NCBI GenBank assembly: GCA_047017005.1
Contig: JBKXSZ010000005.1
Span: 6,934-70,933 of the forward strand
Source: Clostridia bacterium
GTDB lineage: Bacteria; Bacillota; Clostridia; TANB77; CAG-508
Length of the DNA stretch: 64,000 nucleotides
Direction of reading: 5' to 3'
Every line of letters begins with the position of its first letter. Position 1 is the first letter of the stretch. Below are positions 46,648 through 55,984 of this stretch, one piece after another. A model generated the notes under the pieces. It was not told the DNA's origin. It ran no database searches and worked only from the letters and a program-made list of their open reading frames with translations. Position numbers and translations under genes: made by a program.

Positions 46648-46898
46648 GATACTTCCCATAACAACGTAACGGATCTACAACATTATCAAAACTTAAAAGT
46701 CAGTATTTTTTCAAACAGTCCTAGAGAATTTTAGGACTGCTTTTTTTGTCTATGATAAAAAGAAAAGGAAAAATATTTTTTTATTACGGAATTTATAGTT
46801 GACAAAAACAAACAAATGTTTTAAAATGTAAATGTAGAAAAGAGAGAAGATTAATGTCAGAAGAAAAGCAGAGCAAATAGCAGAGGAGGAAAACATAA

Positions 46899-47288
46899 AT
46901 GATATATCACTATAATAAATTAGTTCGTGATAAGATACCGACAGAAATAAATACTAAAGAAGGAAGAAAAGCTAATTGGAGAAAATTGAAAGAAGAGGAG
47001 TATATAGAACAATTAGATAAAAAGCTTTTAGAAGAAGTACATGAATTTATAGAAGCACATGATGAAGAAGAACTTGCAGATGTAATAGAAGTGATAGAAG
47101 CTATTGTAAAAGCGAAAAATATAAAGATAGAAGAAGTAAGAGAAAAACAAAAACGAAAAAGAGAGAGAAAAGGTAGCTTTAATAATAGAGTATATTTAGA
47201 ATTTGTAGAAGAGTCAAAGAGAAATATAGAAGAAGAAAAAGAGCTAAATAAACAATGGCGAAATGGAAGAATAGATTCAGAAAGATAA
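46899..47288 (+). CDS. MazG-like / phosphoribosyl-ATP pyrophosphohydrolase-like all-alpha NTP pyrophosphatase
   Basis: YNKLVRDKIPTEI...LLEEVHEFIEAHDEEELADVIEVIEAI. Own promoter TTGACA-17-TAAAAT at about 46800-46829. Confidence 0.7.
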   Translation: MIYHYNKLVRDKIPTEINTKEGRKANWRKLKEEEYIEQLDKKLLEEVHEFIEAHDEEELADVIEVIEAIVKAKNIKIEEVREKQKRKRERKGSFNNRVYLEFVEESKRNIEEEKELNKQWRNGRIDSER

Positions 47289-47360
47289 TGAAGATTGTTA
47301 AAAAGAGAAGCTACATAAATGTAACTTCTTTTTCTATAGTGTTATAAATTATTTATTCAA

Positions 47361-49202
47361 TTACTCAACCGTAACAGATTTTGCTAAGTTTCTTGGCTTA
47401 TCTACATCTAATCCTTTTTCTTTGGAAATATAGTAAGCAAATAATTGAAGCGGAATAACGGAAAGCATTGGAGAGATAAGTGGATTGGTTTCTGGTATTC
47501 TTATTGTACAATCAAATGATACATTTTTAAATTCTTGATTGGTAACAACTAGAGTTTTTGCACCTCTTGTTACTACCTCTTGAATATTACTAATTGTCTT
47601 TTCTACTAGTTTAGGGTCTGTCATAATGCTAACAACAGTAATTCCATTTTCAATTAAAGCAATTGGCCCATGTTTTAGTTCTCCAGCTGCATAAGCTTCT
47701 GAATGAATATAAGAAATCTCTTTTAGTTTTAAAGAACCTTCCATAGATACTGCATAATCAGTACCTCTTCCTAGATAGAAAATATCCGTTTCGTTATAAA
47801 CTTTTTTTGCAAATTCTTTTACTTGTTCTGTGTTTTTTAATATTTCTTCTACTTTTTCTGGTATTGCTAAAATATCTTTTTTCAAAGTATCAATTTCAGA
47901 TTTATCACATCTTTCTAATATTTCTGCCATATAAATAGCAATGATAGAAAGAAGAGCTACTTGTGAAGTATATGCTTTTGTAGAAGCAACTGCAATTTCT
48001 GGTCCTGCATGTGTATATAAAGTATAGTCAGCTTCTCTTGTAATACTACTTCCAATAACATTGGAAATAGCAAGTGTTTTAGCTCCTTTTGATCGAGCTA
48101 GTTTTAATGCTGCAATCGTATCTGCTGTTTCTCCAGATTGACTTACAAAAATAACTAATGTTTTGTCATCAATAAGAGGGTCACGATATCGGAACTCAGA
48201 TGCAATATCTACTTCAGTAGGAATATGACATAATTTTTCCATAATCGTTTTTCCAACTAAACATGCATACATAGCAGTACCACAAGCTACCATATAAATT
48301 CGATTTAATCCAGCTAGATATTCTTTAGAAAAATTAATATCATCTAATAATGTTTTTTCACCAGAAGTAAGTCTAGCACCAATGGTTTCACGAATGGAGT
48401 TTGGTTGTTCATTAATTTCTTTTAACATGTAATCTGCATACCCATCTTTTTCAGCTGCAGATGCATCCCATGCAATGTTTTTAATCTCTTTATGAATTGG
48501 TTTTAAATCACGGTCATAGAATTTTATTTCATTACGTGTAAGTTCTACATATTCATTATCATTTAATAAATAGAAATCTTTAGTAAAGGAAAGAATAGCT
48601 GGAATATCAGAGCTAATATAACTTTCTTCTTCACCTTTTCCAATTACTAAAGGACTATCTTTTCTTACAACAATCATTTTATTTGGATAGTCTTTGCAAA
48701 GAATTTCTAATGCATAACTTCCTTTTAAATCATCGGTTGCTCTTTTTACAGCTTTTAAAAAGCTAAGGTCATCTTTATTTTTTTCTTGGCTATAGTAATA
48801 GTGAATTAAGTTTGGAACAGTTTCTGTATCCGTTTCAGAATGGAAGGTATATCCTTTTTCACTTAGAAACTTTCTTAATTCATGATAATTTTCAATAATC
48901 CCATTATGAACAACTGCAAAAGTGTTCTCCATATCAAGATGTGGGTGAGAGTTTTCTTTTGCTGGTTTTCCATGTGTTGCCCATCTTGTATGAGCAATTC
49001 CAATGGTTCCTTGTAAAGTATCAATTTCAGGAATATTTTGTAGGTTAGCTACTCTTCCTTTATTCTTTACATTTGAAATTCTGTTTCCTTCTATAGTAGA
49101 AACACCAGCAGAGTCATATCCTCTATATTCTAATCTTAATAATCCGTTAATTAAAATGGGACAAGCTTTTTTGTTCCCTATATATCCTACGATTCCACAC
49201 AT
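47361..49202 (-). CDS. glmS: glutamine--fructose-6-phosphate aminotransferase
   Basis: MCGIVGY N-terminus, which requires Cys at position 2, so the start is ATG 49202 and not the track TTG at 49211. Two SIS domains. Ends ...AKSVTVE. Confidence 0.95.
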   Translation of the reverse strand: MCGIVGYIGNKKACPILINGLLRLEYRGYDSAGVSTIEGNRISNVKNKGRVANLQNIPEIDTLQGTIGIAHTRWATHGKPAKENSHPHLDMENTFAVVHNGIIENYHELRKFLSEKGYTFHSETDTETVPNLIHYYYSQEKNKDDLSFLKAVKRATDDLKGSYALEILCKDYPNKMIVVRKDSPLVIGKGEEESYISSDIPAILSFTKDFYLLNDNEYVELTRNEIKFYDRDLKPIHKEIKNIAWDASAAEKDGYADYMLKEINEQPNSIRETIGARLTSGEKTLLDDINFSKEYLAGLNRIYMVACGTAMYACLVGKTIMEKLCHIPTEVDIASEFRYRDPLIDDKTLVIFVSQSGETADTIAALKLARSKGAKTLAISNVIGSSITREADYTLYTHAGPEIAVASTKAYTSQVALLSIIAIYMAEILERCDKSEIDTLKKDILAIPEKVEEILKNTEQVKEFAKKVYNETDIFYLGRGTDYAVSMEGSLKLKEISYIHSEAYAAGELKHGPIALIENGITVVSIMTDPKLVEKTISNIQEVVTRGAKTLVVTNQEFKNVSFDCTIRIPETNPLISPMLSVIPLQLFAYYISKEKGLDVDKPRNLAKSVTVE

Positions 49203-49234
49203 AGTTTTCAAATCCTCCTAAAAAATATTATTTA

Positions 49235-49415
49235 GAACGGAACAATAGAAAGCTACGTAAATTAAAAGTTACCCTATTGGTATTGTTCTAACATCACTGC
49301 TAGGTTTTGCCCAATATTTCGTGGCAGTAACTAAATGCCATAGAGCTACCCGCCGAATCTTTCGATAAGCTCTAACCTCGTCAACAGTTAATCAAGATAA
49401 CTGTCCTGGCGCCAA
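49235..49415 (-). ncRNA. glmS: glmS ribozyme
   Basis: The minus strand reads ...ttg|GCGCCAGGACagttatcttgattaactgtTGACGAGGttagagcTTATCGAaAGATTCGGCGGgtagctc... This matches the conserved glmS ribozyme core. It lies directly upstream of glmS. Confidence 0.85.
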
Positions 49416-49883
49416 TAATCATGTTATTGTATTTTTTCTACACCTTACCTCCTTTACAAATAGAATGCTAATTTACGTCGATACTTTCTTGCCGTTACTA
49501 TAGTATATTACACTATATTTAAAAAAGTAGCAAGTCTTGTCATAAAATTGTAATATTAAGAAAGATATAAACAAATTTGCTATTTGGGATTAATTAAAGT
49601 AAGTATATGAAAGATTTAGCTAATAAAAAAGTGTCTTTCTTTCAAAATTGGATGGCTATATAGCGGTTTGTAAATTTTCTTTAGAAATAGATAATGAAAA
49701 AGAAAATTACTTTTACAAAATTAAAAGGCATTTATATAGTAAAGTAGTTTCGTAATATATTGAAAAATAGGATATAGATAAGTAGGGGATAGATATAGTG
49801 AAAATCTTTTTGGTAGATTATTACTTTTTTGATTAGAATCTGATATAATAGAAAAAGAAAATGGAGAAAAGCAAGGAGCATAT

Positions 49884-51677
49884 ATGTTTGATATAGAGGA
49901 AGAATTAAAAAAATTACCCCAAAAACCAGGGGTATATATCATGCATGATAAAGAAGACAACATTATTTATGTAGGGAAAGCAGTTGTTTTAAGAAATCGT
50001 GTAAGGCAATATTTTAGAAAAAGCAATAAGACAGCTAGAATTGAGAAAATGGTTTCTTTGATTGATCATTTTGAATATATTGTGACAGATAATGAAGCAG
50101 AAGCCTTAATACTAGAATGTAATTTAATAAAGAAAAATAGGCCTAAATTTAATGTGCTATTAAAAGATGATAAAACCTATCCCTATATTAAAGTAGATGT
50201 AAAATCCGATTTTCCAAATGTTTTCATCACAAGGAAAATTCAAAATGATGGAGCTAAATATTTTGGGCCATATGCGAATGCAGGAGCAGCAAAAGAGATG
50301 GTTGATTTTATTAAGCAGAAATTTAAAATTAGACAGTGTCGTAATTTTAAATCCAATAAAAGAGCATGTTTAAATTATCATATTCATCGTTGCAGTGGAC
50401 CTTGCGTAGGACTTATTTCCAAAGAGGATTATCGAAAAATTATCGACCAAGTTATCTTGCTATTAGATGGTAAAACCGATAAGATTATAAAAGAGATAGA
50501 GAAAGAAATGAAGGAATCGGCAGACAAATTAGATTTTGAAAATGCTGCCTATTTAAGAGATAAGAAATTAGCCATTGAAAGAATTTCAGAAAAGCAAAAG
50601 GTATCCAATATCTCGGAAAATGATATTGATGTTATTGGTTTAGCTAGAAATGATATTTGGGTATGTATTGAGATATTCTTTGTTCGTGGTAGTAAAATGA
50701 TTGGAAGAGAACACTATTTCTTTGATAATCTAAAAGAGATGGCTGATAAGGAAGTAATTTCAGGATTTTTAAAGCAGTACTATATGGATAAAGAAGCAGT
50801 GCCAAATCGTATTATGATGCAAGAAGAAGTGGATGATAAAGAAGTAATTGAACAATGGCTTACCCAAAAAATGGGAAGAAAGGTAGAACTAAAAACACCA
50901 CAAAGAGGAGAAAAGTTAAGATTTGTAGAAATGGCAGAAAACAATGCAAAAGTAACACTCGAAAATCGCTCCCAAGAACGTTATGATGTTTTATCTGAGT
51001 TAAAAGAGGTATTAGGGTTAGAAAAATTGCCAAGAAAGATTGAAACCTATGATATTTCTAATATTTCTGGAACCAATATGGTTGCGGGAATGTGTGTGAT
51101 GCAAGATGGTATTATTAACCGAAAATTATCCAGAAGATTTAAGATAAAAACGGTATTTACGCAAGATGACCCAAGGTGTACAGAAGAGGTTATTACAAGA
51201 AGATTAGCACATTCAATAGATGGAAAAAACAGTAGTGGATTTGGAACATTACCAGATGTTATTTTTGCTGATGGTGGTATTACCCAAATACGAGCAATTA
51301 AACGAGCGATAGAAAAATATGATTTACAGATTCCGGTGTTCGGAATGGTCAAAGATGATAAACATAGAACAAGAGCTTTAATTGATGAGGAAAGAAAAGA
51401 AATACCACTTTCTGATAAATTAATGAATTTGATTACTATCTTCCAGGATACAGTACATGAAACAGCAATTGAATATCACAGAAAGTTAAGAGAAAAAGAA
51501 ATGACAAAATCTAGTCTAGACAATATTGAAGGAATTGGGGAAGTAAAGAGAAAAGCACTTTTGAAAGAATTTGGAAGTACGAAAAAGATTGCACAAGCAA
51601 GTATAGAAGAATTAACAAAAGTAAAAGGGATTAACGAAAAACTAGCAAAACATATTAAAGAGGAATTAATGAAATAA
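49884..51677 (+). CDS. uvrC: excinuclease ABC subunit C
   Basis: GIY-YIG N-terminus (PGVYIMHDKEDNIIYVGKA), a UVR domain and a C-terminal HhH. Confidence 0.95.
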   Translation: MFDIEEELKKLPQKPGVYIMHDKEDNIIYVGKAVVLRNRVRQYFRKSNKTARIEKMVSLIDHFEYIVTDNEAEALILECNLIKKNRPKFNVLLKDDKTYPYIKVDVKSDFPNVFITRKIQNDGAKYFGPYANAGAAKEMVDFIKQKFKIRQCRNFKSNKRACLNYHIHRCSGPCVGLISKEDYRKIIDQVILLLDGKTDKIIKEIEKEMKESADKLDFENAAYLRDKKLAIERISEKQKVSNISENDIDVIGLARNDIWVCIEIFFVRGSKMIGREHYFFDNLKEMADKEVISGFLKQYYMDKEAVPNRIMMQEEVDDKEVIEQWLTQKMGRKVELKTPQRGEKLRFVEMAENNAKVTLENRSQERYDVLSELKEVLGLEKLPRKIETYDISNISGTNMVAGMCVMQDGIINRKLSRRFKIKTVFTQDDPRCTEEVITRRLAHSIDGKNSSGFGTLPDVIFADGGITQIRAIKRAIEKYDLQIPVFGMVKDDKHRTRALIDEERKEIPLSDKLMNLITIFQDTVHETAIEYHRKLREKEMTKSSLDNIEGIGEVKRKALLKEFGSTKKIAQASIEELTKVKGINEKLAKHIKEELMK

Positions 51678-51839
51678 AAGACAGACAACGTAGAAAAAGG
51701 GAAGAATAGTAAGGATATTCTTCTCTTTTGTTGAAAAACGATATACGATTATGGTAAAATAGAAAAGAAACAAAGCATATTCTAGAACTGGTAGCATATA
51801 TATTTAATATTAATAAATATATATAAGGGGGATTTTAAA

Positions 51840-52040
51840 ATGGAATATGCAAAAGATGAAATTTTTAGTATTGAGTATGATGAAAAGGAAGATACAATTC
51901 GTATAAAAAGAAAGAGAAGATTTCTAGATATAATAAGACAAAACAAATTCATTGTATCAATTGTTCTGTTAGGAGTTGTACTTAGTATTGTGGATTCAAT
52001 TTTAATTTCAAACTTTGTGAAACTTTTATCCACTTTATAG
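51840..52040 (+). CDS. small membrane protein, hypothetical
   Basis: AAGGGGGA RBS. 66 aa with one C-terminal TM segment. Confidence 0.4.
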   Translation: MEYAKDEIFSIEYDEKEDTIRIKRKRRFLDIIRQNKFIVSIVLLGVVLSIVDSILISNFVKLLSTL

Positions 52041-52095
52041 GGAAAAAATCAGGAAGAAAAAAGAAAATAGATAAAATAAAAATAAATGGAGAAAA

Positions 52096-52977
52096 ATGAT
52101 AGTAAAAATAGGAAAAACAGCAGGATTTTGTGGAGGTATGAGACGTGCTGTTTCAAAAGCAGAAGAAATAGTAGAAAAAGAGAAACATATATATTGCTTG
52201 GGAGAACTTGCTCATAATAGACAAGTAATGGACAAGCTAGAAAATAAGGGGATGCAAGTGATCTCTGACATAGGGGAATTGAAACCAGGTTCCTCTGTTA
52301 TATTACGTGCTCATGGAGTAAAGAAACAAATATATGATGAAATAAAAAGGCGACAATTAGTTATGATAGACTTAACTTGTCCTAAGGTATCAAAAATACA
52401 TGAGATGGTAGAAAATTATGCAAAACAAGGGAAATATATTTTTCTACTATCGGAAAAGGGACATCCAGAAACAATTGGAACCTTTAGTTTTGCAGGGCAA
52501 AATATATTTTTATTGGAGGACATAAGTCAAGTAGATGAGGCAATAGAAGCATGGAGAAAGTCTTTTAAAAAAGAAATTGTTGTAATATCACAAACAACTT
52601 TTAGTATGACCAAGTTTGATGAAATAGCACAAGAGATAAAAAGAAAACTAAAAGGGGAAGAAGTAAAAGTTGATATACAAAAAACAATTTGTGATGCAAC
52701 TAGAAACAGACAAAAAGAAACAAAGAGATTGTCACAAGAAGTGGATTTTATGTGTGTAATAGGTGGAGAAAATAGCTCTAATACTCATAAACTATACGAA
52801 ATTGCAAAAAAGTATTGTAAAAAAGCAATCTGGATACAAAGTAAAGAACAGCTAAAAAAAGATAGTTTTGAAGGAGCAACAATAATAGGTGTTATAGCAG
52901 GAGCTTCCACACCGAAAGAAAGTATAGAGGATATTGTAAGAAAAATCAAAGAGATTAAAAAGGAGAAGAAAGAATGA
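52096..52977 (+). CDS. ispH: 4-hydroxy-3-methylbut-2-enyl diphosphate reductase
   Basis: GFCGGMRRAV...LGELAHNRQV...RAHGV...TCPKV... Confidence 0.9.
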   Translation: MIVKIGKTAGFCGGMRRAVSKAEEIVEKEKHIYCLGELAHNRQVMDKLENKGMQVISDIGELKPGSSVILRAHGVKKQIYDEIKRRQLVMIDLTCPKVSKIHEMVENYAKQGKYIFLLSEKGHPETIGTFSFAGQNIFLLEDISQVDEAIEAWRKSFKKEIVVISQTTFSMTKFDEIAQEIKRKLKGEEVKVDIQKTICDATRNRQKETKRLSQEVDFMCVIGGENSSNTHKLYEIAKKYCKKAIWIQSKEQLKKDSFEGATIIGVIAGASTPKESIEDIVRKIKEIKKEKKE

Positions 52978-53843
52978 ACATAGCAAAAGATTGGAAAGAG
53001 TATGAAATACTAGATATGGCAAATGGAGAAAAATTAGAAAAGTGGGGAAATATAATATTAGTCAGACCAGACCCACAAATTATATGGAAAGAAAAGAGTT
53101 TCCCCAAAAAATGGGAAAAAGTAAATGCTACCTATCATCGTAGTAAAACAGGAGGAGGAGCATGGGAATATAAAAGTAACTTACCGAAATCTTGGCAAAT
53201 TCAATATAAAGAATTAACCTTTAATATAAAGCCAATGGGATTTAAACATACAGGATTATTTCCGGAACAAGCAAGTAACTGGGATTGGATGATGGATAAA
53301 ATACGTAAGAGTAATAGAACAATTAAAGTTTTAAATTTATTTGCCTATACTGGAGGAGCGTCTGTAGCTTGTCTAGCAGCAGGAGCCTCTGTTTGTCATG
53401 TAGATAGCTCAAAAGGAATGGTAGCTTGGGCAAAAGAAAATGTTATCAGTTCAGGATTGGAAAAAAAACCAATTCGTTATCTAGTAGATGATGTTGTAAA
53501 GTTTGTGAATCGAGAAATTCGTAGGGGAAATACCTATGACGCTATTATTATGGACCCTCCTTCTTATGGAAGAGGAGCGAATGGAGAAGTATGGCAATTC
53601 GAAGAAAATATATATGAGTTAATTAAGTTATGTCAAAAGGTGTTATCCAATAATCCTCTATTTTTCTTAATCAATTCCTATACAACAGGAATTAGTTCTA
53701 CTGTTTTAGAAAATATGCTAAGGCTTACTGTAAATAAAGAGTACAAAGGAAAAGTAACAGCAGGAGAGGTTGGATTACCAATGAAAGATTCTAACCTAAT
53801 ATTACCTTGTGGAATTTATGGAAGATGGGAGAGTATGAAATAA
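52974..53843 (+). CDS. class I SAM-dependent RNA methyltransferase (RlmI/YwbD-like C-terminal domain family)
   Basis: LNLFAYTGGASVACLAAGA...DAIIMDPPSYGRG. Confidence 0.75.
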   Translation: MNIAKDWKEYEILDMANGEKLEKWGNIILVRPDPQIIWKEKSFPKKWEKVNATYHRSKTGGGAWEYKSNLPKSWQIQYKELTFNIKPMGFKHTGLFPEQASNWDWMMDKIRKSNRTIKVLNLFAYTGGASVACLAAGASVCHVDSSKGMVAWAKENVISSGLEKKPIRYLVDDVVKFVNREIRRGNTYDAIIMDPPSYGRGANGEVWQFEENIYELIKLCQKVLSNNPLFFLINSYTTGISSTVLENMLRLTVNKEYKGKVTAGEVGLPMKDSNLILPCGIYGRWESMK

Positions 53844-53855
53844 AGGAAAAAGAAA

Positions 53856-54557
53856 ATGGAAGAAATAAAAATAAAACCAAAAGTAATTTATGAAGATAAC
53901 CATATTATAGTAGTAGAGAAGATACCTAATATACCATCTCAAGGAGATACAACTGGTGATATAGATATGTTAACTATTATAAAAACATATCTAAAAGAAA
54001 AATATCAAAAACCAGGCAATGTCTATTTAGGATTAATTCACCGTTTAGATAGACCAGTTGGTGGGGTTATGGTATTTGCTAAAACTTCTAAGGCAGCCTC
54101 TCGTTTAAGTGAACAGGTAAGAAACAAAGATTTTCATAAAAAATATTTAGCTGTTGTAGATGGTAAATGGGAGAAAAAAGAAGATATTATAGAAAATTAT
54201 TTAAAAAAAGATGCGAGTAATAATAAAAGTAAAGTAGTATCGGCTAATCGAAAAGATGCAAAATTAGCAAAACTTTCTTATCAAGTGCTAGCTTATGATG
54301 AAATAAAAGACTTATCTTTAGTAAAAATAAATTTATATACAGGAAGACATCATCAAATAAGAGTACAACTATCTCATGCAGGCCATAGTATTTTTGGTGA
54401 CCAAAAGTATGGAAGAAGGGGCCAAGGAAAACAAATTGCACTTTGGGCATATGAATTATCTATTTTACATCCAATTACAAAAGAAAGGATGAACTTTCAA
54501 GATTTACCAGAAAAGAATGGTACATGGAGAATAATAGAACAAATAGAAAATATATAA
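53856..54557 (+). CDS. RluA family pseudouridine synthase
   Basis: Catalytic motif HRLDRPVGGVMVFAKT and HQIRVQL. Confidence 0.85.
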   Translation: MEEIKIKPKVIYEDNHIIVVEKIPNIPSQGDTTGDIDMLTIIKTYLKEKYQKPGNVYLGLIHRLDRPVGGVMVFAKTSKAASRLSEQVRNKDFHKKYLAVVDGKWEKKEDIIENYLKKDASNNKSKVVSANRKDAKLAKLSYQVLAYDEIKDLSLVKINLYTGRHHQIRVQLSHAGHSIFGDQKYGRRGQGKQIALWAYELSILHPITKERMNFQDLPEKNGTWRIIEQIENI

Positions 54558-54679
54558 AGTTTTTATAAAATAAATTTTTCTTATGAAATACGGAAAAAAG
54601 ATAATCAAAAGGACAAGAATAGGCTTGTAGCTTAGTAGCTACAGGCTTTCTTACTATGTTTTATGAAAGAGGTAGATTT

Positions 54680-54715
54680 TTTTATAAAACAATATATTGT
54701 TTATTTTATAAAACA
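54680..54715 (+). promoter_or_regulatory. direct 13-nt repeats, candidate LytTR (AgrA-type) binding site upstream of agrB
   Basis: ttttataaaacaa occurs at 54680-54692 and 54703-54715, 23 bp start to start. About 80 nt upstream of agrB. Confidence 0.4.
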
Positions 54716-54796
54716 AAAAGAACATTTCACAAATAAAATAAAAACTGTGTCGAAAAAGAAATAAAATAATACCAGAAAGAAACAGAGGAGAGCAAA

Positions 54797-55438
54797 ATGA
54801 TTGATAAAATTTGTGAAATGCTTACTCAAAGAATAAAAAAAGAAATGCCAGAAATGACAAAAGAAAGAGAAGAAGCAATTTACTTTGGATTGCAAAATAT
54901 TATAGGAGAATTTCCCAAAATATTCGTTCTATTTCTAATAGCATTTATATTAAAAATAGGATGGCTTACAATATTTTTCTTCTTTGCTATATTACCATAC
55001 AGAACTTTTTCTGGAGGATTTCATTTAAAGACACATATAGGATGCATTATAGGAACCAGTGTTTTCTTCTGCGGGAATGTATTACTTAGCAAATATCTAA
55101 TCTTCCCAACACAAATAACATATATAATAGCAGTAGGAATATGGATTTTTAGTATGATAATGATAAGATTATACGCACCAGCGGATACAGAAAATATACC
55201 GATTATTAGTAAAAAGCAAAGGAAAAAACAACAAATCTTATCTTATATAACAATGACATTAACAATTTTAGCTGGAATATTAGTTCAAAATTCAGTTATC
55301 ACAAATATTTTAGTATACGGGGTATTACTTCAAAGTTTATCTATTTCTAGAATAGCTTATAAAATAACGAATAATAAATATGGATATGAAGAGTATGCAA
55401 AACTAGAATTAGAAAATGCAACTAATTACAATGGTTAA
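54797..55438 (+). CDS. agrB: accessory gene regulator protein B (AgrD-processing membrane peptidase)
   Basis: 213 aa, multi-TM, with FSGGFHLKTHIGC, the conserved His/Cys region of AgrB. Confidence 0.85.
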   Translation: MIDKICEMLTQRIKKEMPEMTKEREEAIYFGLQNIIGEFPKIFVLFLIAFILKIGWLTIFFFFAILPYRTFSGGFHLKTHIGCIIGTSVFFCGNVLLSKYLIFPTQITYIIAVGIWIFSMIMIRLYAPADTENIPIISKKQRKKQQILSYITMTLTILAGILVQNSVITNILVYGVLLQSLSISRIAYKITNNKYGYEEYAKLELENATNYNG

Positions 55439-55508
55439 TAATTAAGATGCATACCGGTGGTATCTTATTATTATATATTATATATTATTTATGAAAGTGG
55501 GGATTTAT

Positions 55509-55625
55509 ATGTTAAAATTCTTAGCAAAAGTAGCAGAAAAATATGCAAAAGCATCAAATACAGCATGCTTCATGCTAATTTTTCATCAACCAAAGATGCC
55601 AGCATCTTTAATCAAAAAAGACTAA
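55509..55625 (+). CDS. agrD: autoinducing peptide precursor AgrD
   Basis: 38-aa ORF not in the track, MLKFLAKVAEKYAKASNTACFMLIFHQPKMPASLIKKD. Amphipathic N-terminus, a single Cys, then a HQPKMP recognition tail. Lies directly after agrB. Confidence 0.7.
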   Translation: MLKFLAKVAEKYAKASNTACFMLIFHQPKMPASLIKKD

Positions 55626-55785
55626 TTTACAATAATGTTGATTGAAAAAATATAAAGATATAAATAAATTTTCTTAAAGCGACAAAAATAACCTTGATTT
55701 AATCAAGGTTATTTTATTACACTTTAGCCGTGTGAAACGTAATGAAGCAAAAACCACGCGATATGTGCGTGAGATTAAATGCTTT

Positions 55786-55925
55786 ATGGCAAATGGTTTA
55801 TCACATACAAAATGGTTGTGCAAGTATCACATATTCCAAAATATAGGAGAAAGATAATATCATAAATTAAGAGCAGATATTCAAGGATATATACAAGATT
55901 TATGTAGATGGAAAGGAGCTGTAAT
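55786..55925 (+). pseudogene. decayed IS200/IS605-family tnpA fragment
   Basis: MANGLSHTKWLCKYHI, then frame-shifted IPKYRRKII and HKLRADIQGYIQDLCRWKGA. Matches the HTKW.CKYH....PKYRRK N-terminus of Y1 transposases, but is truncated and carries multiple frame breaks. Confidence 0.6.
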
Positions 55926-55984
55926 GTTATATGCCCTTATAGGGCATGTTAAAACCACCCGTTTCATGGGGTGGTTATTGATTA

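Noticed and set aside
55457-55645. 62-aa track ORF downstream of agrB.
   Set aside because: It is in a different frame from the 38-aa AgrD-like ORF (55509..55625), which has the expected Cys and HQPKMP features and position. The 62-aa translation has no support.
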